This document shows, piece after piece, positions 8,735 through 16,757 of a DNA stretch of 20,000 nucleotides. The stretch lies in the IMG/VR virus record IMGVR_UViG_3300020179_000022, one strand, 5' to 3'. This stretch comes from an uncultured virus (IMG/VR IMGVR_UViG_3300020179_000022) (taxonomy: Duplodnaviria; Heunggongvirae; Uroviricota; Caudoviricetes). A program made the translations under genes and the position numbers. Position 1 is the first letter of the stretch. Each line of letters begins with the position of its first letter. The notes under the pieces were generated by a model that searched no databases, was not told the origin of the DNA, and saw only the letters and a program-made list of their open reading frames with translations.

Positions 8735-9055
8735 TTAAAATTTAATTCCACTTCTTTCTAATCTGGCTAGTGCTCCCCAGTAATATTCTTGAAACTTATC
8801 ATCCAAAAATGAATGGTGTAGTTTCGTAATTCTGGTTTCATGAGGAGCATTTACATAAGCCTTGTGATATTTTCTAATTGTTAAACCTCCTGGGTTTGAT
8901 TTTTCATCATCACCAAGTCCTAAAACAGAATAGTATTGAACTGTTCCTGTTTTACCTCTACCTACGAAAATTCCAAGGATCATATAATTGTTATACGCTA
9001 CGACAATCAAGTCTCCTTTTTCTATTACACCAGTGTATCTAGTTTCAAACATCAC
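8735..9055 (-). CDS. hypothetical phage protein (106 aa)
   Basis: GTGA overlap with the upstream stop; IEKGDLIVV is an SH3/KOW-like start. Confidence 0.75.
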   Translation of the reverse strand: MMFETRYTGVIEKGDLIVVAYNNYMILGIFVGRGKTGTVQYYSVLGLGDDEKSNPGGLTIRKYHKAYVNAPHETRITKLHHSFLDDKFQEYYWGALARLERSGIKF

Positions 9056-9354
9056 CCAATTACTTTAAGTACAGGATTACAAATACGTATATACTTAGTT
9101 ACATTGAACTCGTCAATGCTGAACTGTTGCTCTGCATACGTACGATTCTGTGGATTGTATCCAGGAATTGGTTTGTATTCAACATTCACCAGACATCTAG
9201 TTGTTTTGTAATAGTCATATTGACCATTAGCATACGTTTTAGTAATCTTAGCAGGCTTCTTTACAATCTTTGCTGTTCTCATTTCAGTTAGAGAAGGATA
9301 GATGATTACATCTCCTGGCTCTAAGTCTTCTGGATTAATTAGTTCTGTTAACAT
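9052..9354 (-). CDS. hypothetical phage protein (100 aa)
   Basis: ATG with A-rich leader 10 nt after the ung stop; LEPGDVIIY is an SH3/KOW-like start. Confidence 0.78.
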   Translation of the reverse strand: MLTELINPEDLEPGDVIIYPSLTEMRTAKIVKKPAKITKTYANGQYDYYKTTRCLVNVEYKPIPGYNPQNRTYAEQQFSIDEFNVTKYIRICNPVLKVIG

Positions 9355-9364
9355 GTGTTTTTAT

Positions 9365-10084
9365 TTAAAATGGTAAATCTTCATCCAACCAACAGATTGG
9401 TGTTTTCTTTTCGTCTTGTAATATTCTATTCATCTTAGTGAATACACCTTCTGAATCCCATTCAGTCTGCTTATAAGAAGCACTGGCTGGGTGACTCAGC
9501 TCAAAGCTCCATGTCAAAGGGCCCATAAATCTTTTGAACTTACTAGCTTCTTTGCCAAGGAATACTACTGGCACTCTACTTTGAGCAATAGGTCCTTCAA
9601 ACAGAAACTTGATGAATGATTCCCAGATTTTCAAATGAGAACCAGCTTTATTAATTTCTGTTGTTAGAGCTGCGTTAAGCATAAGCACTCCTTGCTCTGC
9701 TAGATATTTTACATTAGGATTCTTCTTATATTTCAAATTCAATCCTTTGTAACAATCTTTCTCTACAGCATTATAAAACTGTTCTAGAGAAGGTTGTAAT
9801 TTATCTGTGACAGAACATCCCATCAATAAACCATCTGCCACTGGCACACCATTAAACTGTGTGTGATAGGGACACATACCTAGTAGCACAACCTTCATCT
9901 TATTTAACGGTGTCTCTTTGAAACAACGATAGGTGTCAGAAGAAAGAGGGGCAATCTTCTTACCCCTCCTAGATTCTGCTTTTAGATATGCGTAGATTTC
10001 ATCACACTGCTCACTTTCAATGAATGGACGAATTAATTCATGCCAACTCTCATGAAAGTTTTCTTTGAATTTATCCCACAACAT
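9365..10084 (-). CDS. ung: family-1 uracil-DNA glycosylase homologue with atypical active site
   Basis: KVVLLGMCPYH (canonical GQDPYH), ADGLLMG, LQPSL, AEQGVLMLNAALT, GSHLKIWESF, VFLGKEA and SHPASAS. Start at ATG 10084 (MLWDKF). Confidence 0.9.
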   Translation of the reverse strand: MLWDKFKENFHESWHELIRPFIESEQCDEIYAYLKAESRRGKKIAPLSSDTYRCFKETPLNKMKVVLLGMCPYHTQFNGVPVADGLLMGCSVTDKLQPSLEQFYNAVEKDCYKGLNLKYKKNPNVKYLAEQGVLMLNAALTTEINKAGSHLKIWESFIKFLFEGPIAQSRVPVVFLGKEASKFKRFMGPLTWSFELSHPASASYKQTEWDSEGVFTKMNRILQDEKKTPICWLDEDLPF

Positions 10085-10880
10085 CTGCTTCTTGTAATTG
10101 ATCAAAGATTGTAAGCTGTCTTCTTGAAGAAGGCGCTTCAAATCCTATGTTAATTGATTTACTTTTTAATTCACCAGCGGCGGTCACGAAGAAGTCATGA
10201 GCATCAATATGATTACCCATCCATAATGTTGGATGCACTTCTTTCATAGCAAATGTAGTGTATTGATACAACTCCCATAAACTCTGTGGAGCACCATAAT
10301 CATGTGTTGGTTTGTTCAACTCACGCTTGATGATGTTTAGCTGTGTAGACTCAATGAACTCTTTCTCAAGAATCATTCTACCTACAAGCTCAGCTGTTAT
10401 ACGAGCATCAATTTGAACATGCTTCATAAGCTCACGATCATCTTGCATCTTTCTGAATCCATCACCAGCAGATTTAATGTATTCCACTATAGCAGCTGGT
10501 GTAAACTCTTGTACATCTCCCTGATGCTTCTTCTTGAATGCACCATAGTCACCACTCACCATACCATTTTGGCAAATGAAGATTTGTGTACCAATAGCAA
10601 ACTTCAAGCTTAAGCTCTTGTCATAGCTGTTTTGCCAGCCAATCTGTAGCTGCATCTCTTTATCAGCTACGTTGCTGATGGTAAACTTGCCATTGGCAAT
10701 ATTACCTTCTCTTGCAGATGAATAGGTTTCTGTATCAAGTCTGAATCCTGCTTGATGAATGCTCTCCAGGGTGAGGTCAATTAGTTGACCATGTGAAACA
10801 GGCTTATACGTGCGTGTCTCTTTAGGAAGTTCTGTACCTGTGAGAAAATATTTAGTTGTTGAATAAGTTTTGTTTGACAT
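10071..10880 (-). CDS. DUF932-like phage/plasmid protein
   Basis: TYKPVSH, NSYDKSLSLKFAIGTQIFICQNGMV...KKH and SLWELYQYTT follow the DUF932 (NSxDG...vC.NG...H) pattern. Confidence 0.75.
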   Translation of the reverse strand: MSNKTYSTTKYFLTGTELPKETRTYKPVSHGQLIDLTLESIHQAGFRLDTETYSSAREGNIANGKFTISNVADKEMQLQIGWQNSYDKSLSLKFAIGTQIFICQNGMVSGDYGAFKKKHQGDVQEFTPAAIVEYIKSAGDGFRKMQDDRELMKHVQIDARITAELVGRMILEKEFIESTQLNIIKRELNKPTHDYGAPQSLWELYQYTTFAMKEVHPTLWMGNHIDAHDFFVTAAGELKSKSINIGFEAPSSRRQLTIFDQLQEADVVG

Positions 10881-10881
10881 T

Positions 10882-11079
10882 TTAATTACAGTTTTCTTTG
10901 ATTAATTCTTCTACGTCTGACATACACAAATCTATTTCATGAATTGCTGATCCTCCATCTTCGATTTCAGTTACAGCAAGATCATAAAGATCCATGATGT
11001 CATGTTTTAATTTAGGACAATGTGCAGCTTTTTCTTTGCACCATTTTCTTAATTGTAATAGTCTTTCTTCTGTCGTCAT
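10882..11079 (-). CDS. hypothetical phage protein (65 aa, helical)
   Basis: ATG 11079 overlaps the primase TGA (ATGA); the stop is 1 nt before the next ATG. Confidence 0.78.
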   Translation of the reverse strand: MTTEERLLQLRKWCKEKAAHCPKLKHDIMDLYDLAVTEIEDGGSAIHEIDLCMSDVEELIKENCN

Positions 11080-12092
11080 GGTATTATAAATTGTTGTTTT
11101 AGATAATGTTCGATAATTTGTAGTCCATACTTCTTTGCCAGATCTGCCCAATCTTTGATTTCTTCTTGTAGATAATACCTTGGTACATTACAATAATCAA
11201 AGTTGAACATCTCTGTTACCAATTTAGAATTCTTAACACCAGCCACATCGCTGTCAAAAGAAAGAATCTGCCTGCTTGAGTAGTGTTTTAAATAGTCTAC
11301 ATTCTCTTCAGAGAAACAAGCAACGCCTTCATTTTGAACAGCACATGTATATGGATAGAGTTTTCTTATCACCATATAATCTTTCTTGCTCTTATTAATA
11401 AAAGCAGGTTGATCTGTTTCAAGATTATCTTTCCCATCCATCATAGTGATGGGAGTGTTGTTAGGAAACCATTTTAAATCCTTACTGAAAGGTCTGTAAA
11501 TCTTCCAATGCCCATCATAGAAGTAGCCAAATCTCAATTCAGTTTCTTTGAGATGAACTAGTCTTCTGTTTAGATAGAGCTTCTTAATAGAATACACATT
11601 GTTCTCTTTCAAGTCTTCTACATCTTGATAATATTGATTCCAATACTCAAGCTCTTCGTTTGTGAACTTTCTAGTTATCACTTGTATGTGTGAATACCTC
11701 TTTTCCAAATTCTTAGGCTGTTCGTATTTAGATATAATCTCTGTATAGCTTGGAAGATCTTTTCTTTTCTTTGCTCTTATTCCTAGATTGAAGTCTCTAT
11801 CAATCATTTCAAGACATTCGTTATGTCCTACATTAAATAGCTGCTTGACAAGATCAAAGCAGCCACCTCTATAATGTGGATCTGAATGATCCATATAGAA
11901 GAGTCTATTATCTTTGGAATAAATAACAAATGAGGGATTGGATTCTTTTCTGAATGGAGAATACGTGGCTTTGTTCACTTGCCAATTTTTATTTGGCATA
12001 TACCATCTGAATATATCATACTCAGATACCTTGGACAAAATAGTTTCAAATACAAGCTCTTCTTTTTTTACTTTCTTTTCTCCAGCAATCAT
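11076..12092 (-). CDS. dnaG: DNA primase, DnaG/TOPRIM type
   Basis: N-terminal SPFRKESNPSF (degenerate CHC2-like domain), KIYRPF, INKSKKDYMV and TOPRIM DxD in SFDSDVAG; IKDWADL; replication-module context. Confidence 0.82.
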   Translation of the reverse strand: MIAGEKKVKKEELVFETILSKVSEYDIFRWYMPNKNWQVNKATYSPFRKESNPSFVIYSKDNRLFYMDHSDPHYRGGCFDLVKQLFNVGHNECLEMIDRDFNLGIRAKKRKDLPSYTEIISKYEQPKNLEKRYSHIQVITRKFTNEELEYWNQYYQDVEDLKENNVYSIKKLYLNRRLVHLKETELRFGYFYDGHWKIYRPFSKDLKWFPNNTPITMMDGKDNLETDQPAFINKSKKDYMVIRKLYPYTCAVQNEGVACFSEENVDYLKHYSSRQILSFDSDVAGVKNSKLVTEMFNFDYCNVPRYYLQEEIKDWADLAKKYGLQIIEHYLKQQFIIP

Positions 12093-12481
12093 TGATATTG
12101 AACATATTGTTTCACCTCATTTATTCTAGATCCTATAGCGTTGTTGATTTTACTCTTCAGTTCAAATCTTCTGTCATTAAGGAAATAAACACTTCTGGCT
12201 TTCGCAATAAATTCTTCATCAAATTTTTTATCAGCTTCCATTTTTCTCAGGACATCTTCTACGTCCCAAAGATTCTTGTTTACCATCAGAAGAAGATCAT
12301 AAAGCTCTTCCACTTCTTTGTTTCCAAAAAAAGGATGTGCTACATCCATTAATTCTTGTAGCTCGTCCTTTACCATTACTAGCTTCTCTGTGTCAGTGAT
12401 CATGACACGTTTAATGTTGAGGATGCTCACTTTATCAAGCAGTTCCCCAACGCTCCCAGGTATCCAAATTACTTTTGCCAT
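12089..12481 (-). CDS. DUF6165-like all-alpha protein
   Basis: SVGELLDKVSILNIK...VNKNLWDVEDVLR...FIAKARSVYFLNDRRFELKSKIN...INEVKQY; ATGA-coupled to primase. Confidence 0.75.
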   Translation of the reverse strand: MAKVIWIPGSVGELLDKVSILNIKRVMITDTEKLVMVKDELQELMDVAHPFFGNKEVEELYDLLLMVNKNLWDVEDVLRKMEADKKFDEEFIAKARSVYFLNDRRFELKSKINNAIGSRINEVKQYVQYQ

Positions 12482-12491
12482 AGTGTGTAAT

Positions 12492-12520
12492 AAAAAAGGC
12501 CCTCATAAAATGAGAGCCTT
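12492..12520 (-). terminator. Rho-independent terminator
   Basis: Minus strand AAGGCTCTCAT-TTT-ATGAGGGCCTT-TTTT after the putative SSB gene. Confidence 0.85.
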
Positions 12521-12539
12521 CAATATAAAAGATTATTTA

Positions 12540-13433
12540 TTAATAATCAGCATCATCATCAGCAATCACTTTGTCTGATGCAGCAATATTCATTTCTGGA
12601 TCATAGTCATGTAAGTCTTTAAATACATAATAGTCTTTGCATCCATACTCACCAGCAATTTTCACAACAAACTTCTCATGAGGTCTTAAATCTTTTGACT
12701 TCTTATTCAGTAATGCAGACAATCTGGATTGATCGTTATAATCATTATCCTTCAATCTGAATTGCTTCAAGGAATATGCTGGAAGAAACGCTTTGTTATA
12801 AACGCTTTGATATTCTTTAGTCTCCCCATCTTTCTCTCTTGTAGTGATTGTGGCCATTGCTACAAAGTTTCCACACCACTCTCCATTAATCTCACTGGTT
12901 AGCTCTCTAACATTACCTTTAATAAGTTTTTTAAAGTCTGCTGATAAGATTGTTTTACGATGCGTATAATCTAGATTACACATCCAATTTCTCATAAACT
13001 CATAAAACTCTTCTTCGCCAACATATGCTACTCTAAAATCTCTTGGAGCATCAGAGTTACCTTTGAACCATTGTGGAAGATCGTCTTCACTAGCAGCCCA
13101 AGTACACATTCCTATACTGTTAATATATTGCTTCTTAGTGCCATCTTTATTCTCACGCTCTTTATCTTCTAAATAATAGCTCACATTAAAGTTTTGCTCA
13201 GATTTAACATCTTTTAACCAGACACTAATCCTAACATTGGCATTACCATCTCTGCTTTCACCAAGATACTCAGTTGCTTTGCTGTCTTCTTTTAGCTCTA
13301 TTCCAAGAATGTCTTTATACTGCTCAATCGTTGGATTGATTGTAATAACACTAGCTTCAAATAAGCCAACCTTCTTTGGAAATTCTCCTAGATTTTCTTT
13401 TTTTTCTCTTTTTACTCCACCAATTCCTGACAT
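12540..13433 (-). CDS. putative single-stranded DNA-binding protein (297 aa)
   Basis: Lies directly after the AAA_24 ATPase, is rich in aromatic and beta-strand residues, has an acidic/aromatic C-tail (IADDDADY) and its own terminator. The CDS is secure; the function is inferred. Confidence 0.55.
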   Translation of the reverse strand: MSGIGGVKREKKENLGEFPKKVGLFEASVITINPTIEQYKDILGIELKEDSKATEYLGESRDGNANVRISVWLKDVKSEQNFNVSYYLEDKERENKDGTKKQYINSIGMCTWAASEDDLPQWFKGNSDAPRDFRVAYVGEEEFYEFMRNWMCNLDYTHRKTILSADFKKLIKGNVRELTSEINGEWCGNFVAMATITTREKDGETKEYQSVYNKAFLPAYSLKQFRLKDNDYNDQSRLSALLNKKSKDLRPHEKFVVKIAGEYGCKDYYVFKDLHDYDPEMNIAASDKVIADDDADY

Positions 13434-13455
13434 AATTTTAATTGTTTAATTGTTT

Positions 13456-14127
13456 TTATTTATAATACTCATTTACACTATCCACTACAACTTGTAGGTT
13501 GTTTGGAATCTTTAATTCAGCAAACATACCCGCTGGTGATTTTGCTGGCATCTTTCTAAATCTATTAGTGATGAAGTTGTAAGAAGCTGTACCATCCTTC
13601 TGTTCTTCTACAAGAGTGTACAAACACACAGTCATCAAACCTTCTAGCAACACTTGATTATCAATCAATTTACCAGCTGTCTTGATCTTGTAGCCAATGA
13701 TTTCGCCACTATCCTCAATCACTTCTGGGTGAGTGAAATAAAACACAATAATGTCATCTCTGAGCATTCTTGCTGTTCTGAACAAATCAACCATGTCTTT
13801 TGCCATAATTGAGAACTTCTGATAGCCTGTTTCTGTGGCTTTTGACACCATTGTAAAACCCATGATGTAATTAGAGTCTTCGATAACAATGTTCTTGATG
13901 TGTGGTGCTTTCTCAGAAATGGTTTTTAGAAGCCTAGAGATTTCATTAGCGTCATCCACTTCCTTGTAGTTCTTCTTTTCTGCATTGTACATCTTCTCAG
14001 AGCCTTTGAAAGGAAGTTCTTTCTTAGCCACATTAATGATGTACGTCTCATCTGAATTTAAGTGTTTGATTGATGTTGATTTTCCTGTACTGGTTTCTCC
14101 TACGATACCAATTAGTTTACTTGCCAT
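13456..14127 (-). CDS. AAA_24 / Sak4-like P-loop ATPase
   Basis: Walker A GETSTGKSTS, INVAKKELPF, Walker B IVIEDS, KTAGKLID and AKSPAGMF. Confidence 0.85.
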   Translation of the reverse strand: MASKLIGIVGETSTGKSTSIKHLNSDETYIINVAKKELPFKGSEKMYNAEKKNYKEVDDANEISRLLKTISEKAPHIKNIVIEDSNYIMGFTMVSKATETGYQKFSIMAKDMVDLFRTARMLRDDIIVFYFTHPEVIEDSGEIIGYKIKTAGKLIDNQVLLEGLMTVCLYTLVEEQKDGTASYNFITNRFRKMPAKSPAGMFAELKIPNNLQVVVDSVNEYYK

Positions 14128-14160
14128 TTGCTTTGATTTTTAGGTTTTAACTTTTTTCAT

Positions 14161-14195
14161 TATAAATATACACTTTTTTAGTTATAAATTCCTAC
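14161..14195 (-). promoter_or_regulatory. possible promoter upstream of the ATPase-SSB pair
   Basis: TATATTTA (14170..14163) is one mismatch from TAnnTTTG in one of the few intergenic gaps; no clean TTG at -33. Confidence 0.3.
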
Positions 14196-15276
14196 CTTCA
14201 ACAAACTTAATTTTACTTCTGTCAAAGAATTCTAGAGCCTTCTGCAACCACTTCAATTCCACCTGTTCATTGCTAGATATGATGTATATCTGAGCCTTTT
14301 TATCAGGATTGTTGTATTCCATTGCAGTGCATCTCTGTATCTTCTGAGCCAGGTTCTCACTATTGCTATCAAAGTAGTTTATAACAACACGATTCAAGGG
14401 TTTGTATGTCACACCAGTGTTGCCAATCTTGACAACAGCCATGTGATTACCTTTCCCCTCAGCGAAGTCAGCAAACATTTGCTTCTCACTGGATTTGCTG
14501 TGATAGGAAGGAATTCCTAAACCATCAGCCACCTTTGTCACTCCACAGAATATCAACATTCTCTCATCAGCATGCTTACTAATTAGCTTCTTAGTCAAGT
14601 TTATCTTTGCCAAAGAAGATTGTATCAGTCTCATTCTTGCTAGTCGTAAGAACATTGTGTCTCTGTATTCTGACTGCATCTTATTAATCACCCATCCATA
14701 GCTATCAAACTGTTGCTTCTCTGTCTTCATCTTACCACCATAGTTCTGTTTGGCGATAGTATCAAGAGGGGTGGTTATAACAGTGATTTGATAGTCTACA
14801 ATGATGCCTTCTTCAATTGCTCTTTCTAGAGGATATTCAGCATTCACATACAGAGCAAGATGATCTTCAAGAGCTATTCTTGTAGAAGTTGCTAGTGTAC
14901 CAGTGAGCCCTAAAACCCTCTTATTTTTCTTGAACAACTCTTCACACACTTCTATCTGAGCCTCAGACAACAGATGTATCTCATCAATGATGATGATGTT
15001 AAATGCTTTGTCTACATACTTCTTAAGTGATAGATGTGTGGTGAATGATACATTTGGATTATCATACCCAACAGCTTCGAAATCATCCAACCAGAATTGC
15101 TTAATCTTGTTATCTGGATAGGCAACTAGAACAGAACAATTCTTGTCATAATGCTTCAGTACATTGATGGACGTTCTGATTTTACCAAACCTTGGACATA
15201 GATAGAGAATACCATACTCTCCAGCATCAATCCACTGTTTGGCAAATTCAGATTGTCGTTTGTCTCTAAGTGTCAT
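14182..15276 (-). CDS. superfamily 2 (DExH) helicase-like protein
   Basis: Q-motif-like RDKRQ, motif I CPRFGKIR, motif II IIIDEIH, motif III GLTGT, motif IV LIFC and a divergent motif VI QKIQR. Confidence 0.85.
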   Translation of the reverse strand: MTLRDKRQSEFAKQWIDAGEYGILYLCPRFGKIRTSINVLKHYDKNCSVLVAYPDNKIKQFWLDDFEAVGYDNPNVSFTTHLSLKKYVDKAFNIIIIDEIHLLSEAQIEVCEELFKKNKRVLGLTGTLATSTRIALEDHLALYVNAEYPLERAIEEGIIVDYQITVITTPLDTIAKQNYGGKMKTEKQQFDSYGWVINKMQSEYRDTMFLRLARMRLIQSSLAKINLTKKLISKHADERMLIFCGVTKVADGLGIPSYHSKSSEKQMFADFAEGKGNHMAVVKIGNTGVTYKPLNRVVINYFDSNSENLAQKIQRCTAMEYNNPDKKAQIYIISSNEQVELKWLQKALEFFDRSKIKFVEGRNL

Positions 15277-15278
15277 TA

Positions 15279-15590
15279 TTACACTTCAACAAGTTCTGTT
15301 TTATAAATCTTGTATCCGTTTGACTTTAAAAGAGAAATAGCTTCTTCAATCTTAGATGGTTTATATTCCATCTCAGTTATAATAATTTCAGCAGGTTTTA
15401 CATTGTCTGTTGAAATTCTTTTTCTCCATGTTTTTGAAGTTATTCTTTTACATCTTTCTGCCAGAAAATCAAGATGGTGACCTTGTTCAATCACATTCTT
15501 TGGCAGATTTGACTTTCTTAACACATCTAGGTAATGATGAGATGTGAATACGTCTGGTAATTTTTCTAGGGTACTTTCGTAAGCATTCAT
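15279..15590 (-). CDS. hypothetical phage protein (103 aa)
   Basis: ATG with A-rich leader; C-terminal IEEAISLLKSNGYKIYK; stop 2 nt before the helicase ATG. Confidence 0.8.
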   Translation of the reverse strand: MNAYESTLEKLPDVFTSHHYLDVLRKSNLPKNVIEQGHHLDFLAERCKRITSKTWRKRISTDNVKPAEIIITEMEYKPSKIEEAISLLKSNGYKIYKTELVEV

Positions 15591-15703
15591 AGTTTTATTG
15601 TTTTGGTTTGTTTTTTACATTTTAAGCATACTATCACACCATTATTCAGGGTGTGACTTGTTACATTTTTACATTTATCGCAATGTTGAGCTATGCTGAT
15701 CAT
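15587..15703 (-). CDS. 38-aa zinc-ribbon microprotein (not in ORF track)
   Basis: Hand translation MISIAQHCDKCKNVTSHTLNNGVIVCLKCKKQTKTIKL*; CxxC-x14-CxxC; ATGA overlap with the downstream gene. Confidence 0.7.
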   Translation of the reverse strand: MISIAQHCDKCKNVTSHTLNNGVIVCLKCKKQTKTIKL

Positions 15704-16757
15704 TTAAGAAGAAGCTTTTGTTTACAACATTTTCATAATCTACATCTGTAATATCCTTCCTCTTGGGAAGTTCTCTGAACATACCTATTGAGCCTAAGAA
15801 GCCTAGACCAATTCTTACATCATCTTCACCATAGCTGTTCTTAATGAGTCTTAGTGATCTAAAATACTTACCACCATACTCATCAATCAACTTGTCAAGA
15901 TTATATCCACTAGGATCAGTCACCTTATATCTCATAGGATCGAAGAGTGCAAGCACAACATCAGCATCTTCTTGAGGCACTGATGATTCTTTGAAGTCTT
16001 CTAGCTGTGGTTCTACATCACCATTCTTGATTCTGATGGGATTTGATATGTCACGATTAAACTGTTGTACAGCTACAATAGTGTAGCCATAGAAGTCCCT
16101 AGCATGTCTTAGCTCATCACTCATCTTATCAATGGTTTGCTTCTTGGTAGTGAGCTCTTTGGTAGTCTTAAGCAATCCTAGGTGATCTACAACAACAATA
16201 GTCACTTCATTCTCATCATTGGGAATATAGATCTTGTTGTACTCATCTAACTGTTCGATCACACCATTCTTCATTGCATGAGTTCTTAAGTCTTTTGCAA
16301 TGCCAACAGGATTCTCTGGACCATCAATGATTGTAATGACATCATCCATTTGTTCCATGTAGTCTTTGTACAATAGAAATATGTCATGCTCATCCTTCGT
16401 CATCTTATCAGTCCAACCCAACAACTTACTTACAGGAATGATGTAGCCATGATCTAGAAAGATCTTTCTACATATCCATTTAGCAAGCTTGTAAGTTCTG
16501 CTACGCTCCATTGAACGATATATGATTCGTAGCTTGAACTTTGGATTTTTCTGATTGATGTACCAGTCATAGGGATTGAGAACAAATGCATCATCGATAA
16601 AGCTTGTCTTACCACTACCAGTGAGACCACCTGTTACAAAGTACATTCTCTTACGAATACCTATGTATCTGTTGAGACGATTAAATCCCATTGGTATTCC
16701 AGAGTTTCTACCCTGTAAACCATCCTGCACTTCTTTTCTTAGAGTTTCAAAGCTCAT
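15675..16757 (-). CDS. dnaB: DnaB-like (SF4) replicative helicase
   Basis: GIPMGF..LN, Walker A GGLTGSGKTSF, YRSME, Walker B VVVDHLGLL, VQQFNR, DFKESS...EDADVVLAL and IKNSYG. Confidence 0.92.
   Translation of the reverse strand: MSFETLRKEVQDGLQGRNSGIPMGFNRLNRYIGIRKRMYFVTGGLTGSGKTSFIDDAFVLNPYDWYINQKNPKFKLRIIYRSMERSRTYKLAKWICRKIFLDHGYIIPVSKLLGWTDKMTKDEHDIFLLYKDYMEQMDDVITIIDGPENPVGIAKDLRTHAMKNGVIEQLDEYNKIYIPNDENEVTIVVVDHLGLLKTTKELTTKKQTIDKMSDELRHARDFYGYTIVAVQQFNRDISNPIRIKNGDVEPQLEDFKESSVPQEDADVVLALFDPMRYKVTDPSGYNLDKLIDEYGGKYFRSLRLIKNSYGEDDVRIGLGFLGSIGMFRELPKRKDITDVDYENVVNKSFFLNDQHSSTLR

Noticed and set aside
14161..14168. Plus-strand TATAAATA matching the T4 late promoter consensus
   Set aside because: It points antisense with no plus-strand gene downstream and is expected by chance in AT-rich DNA.
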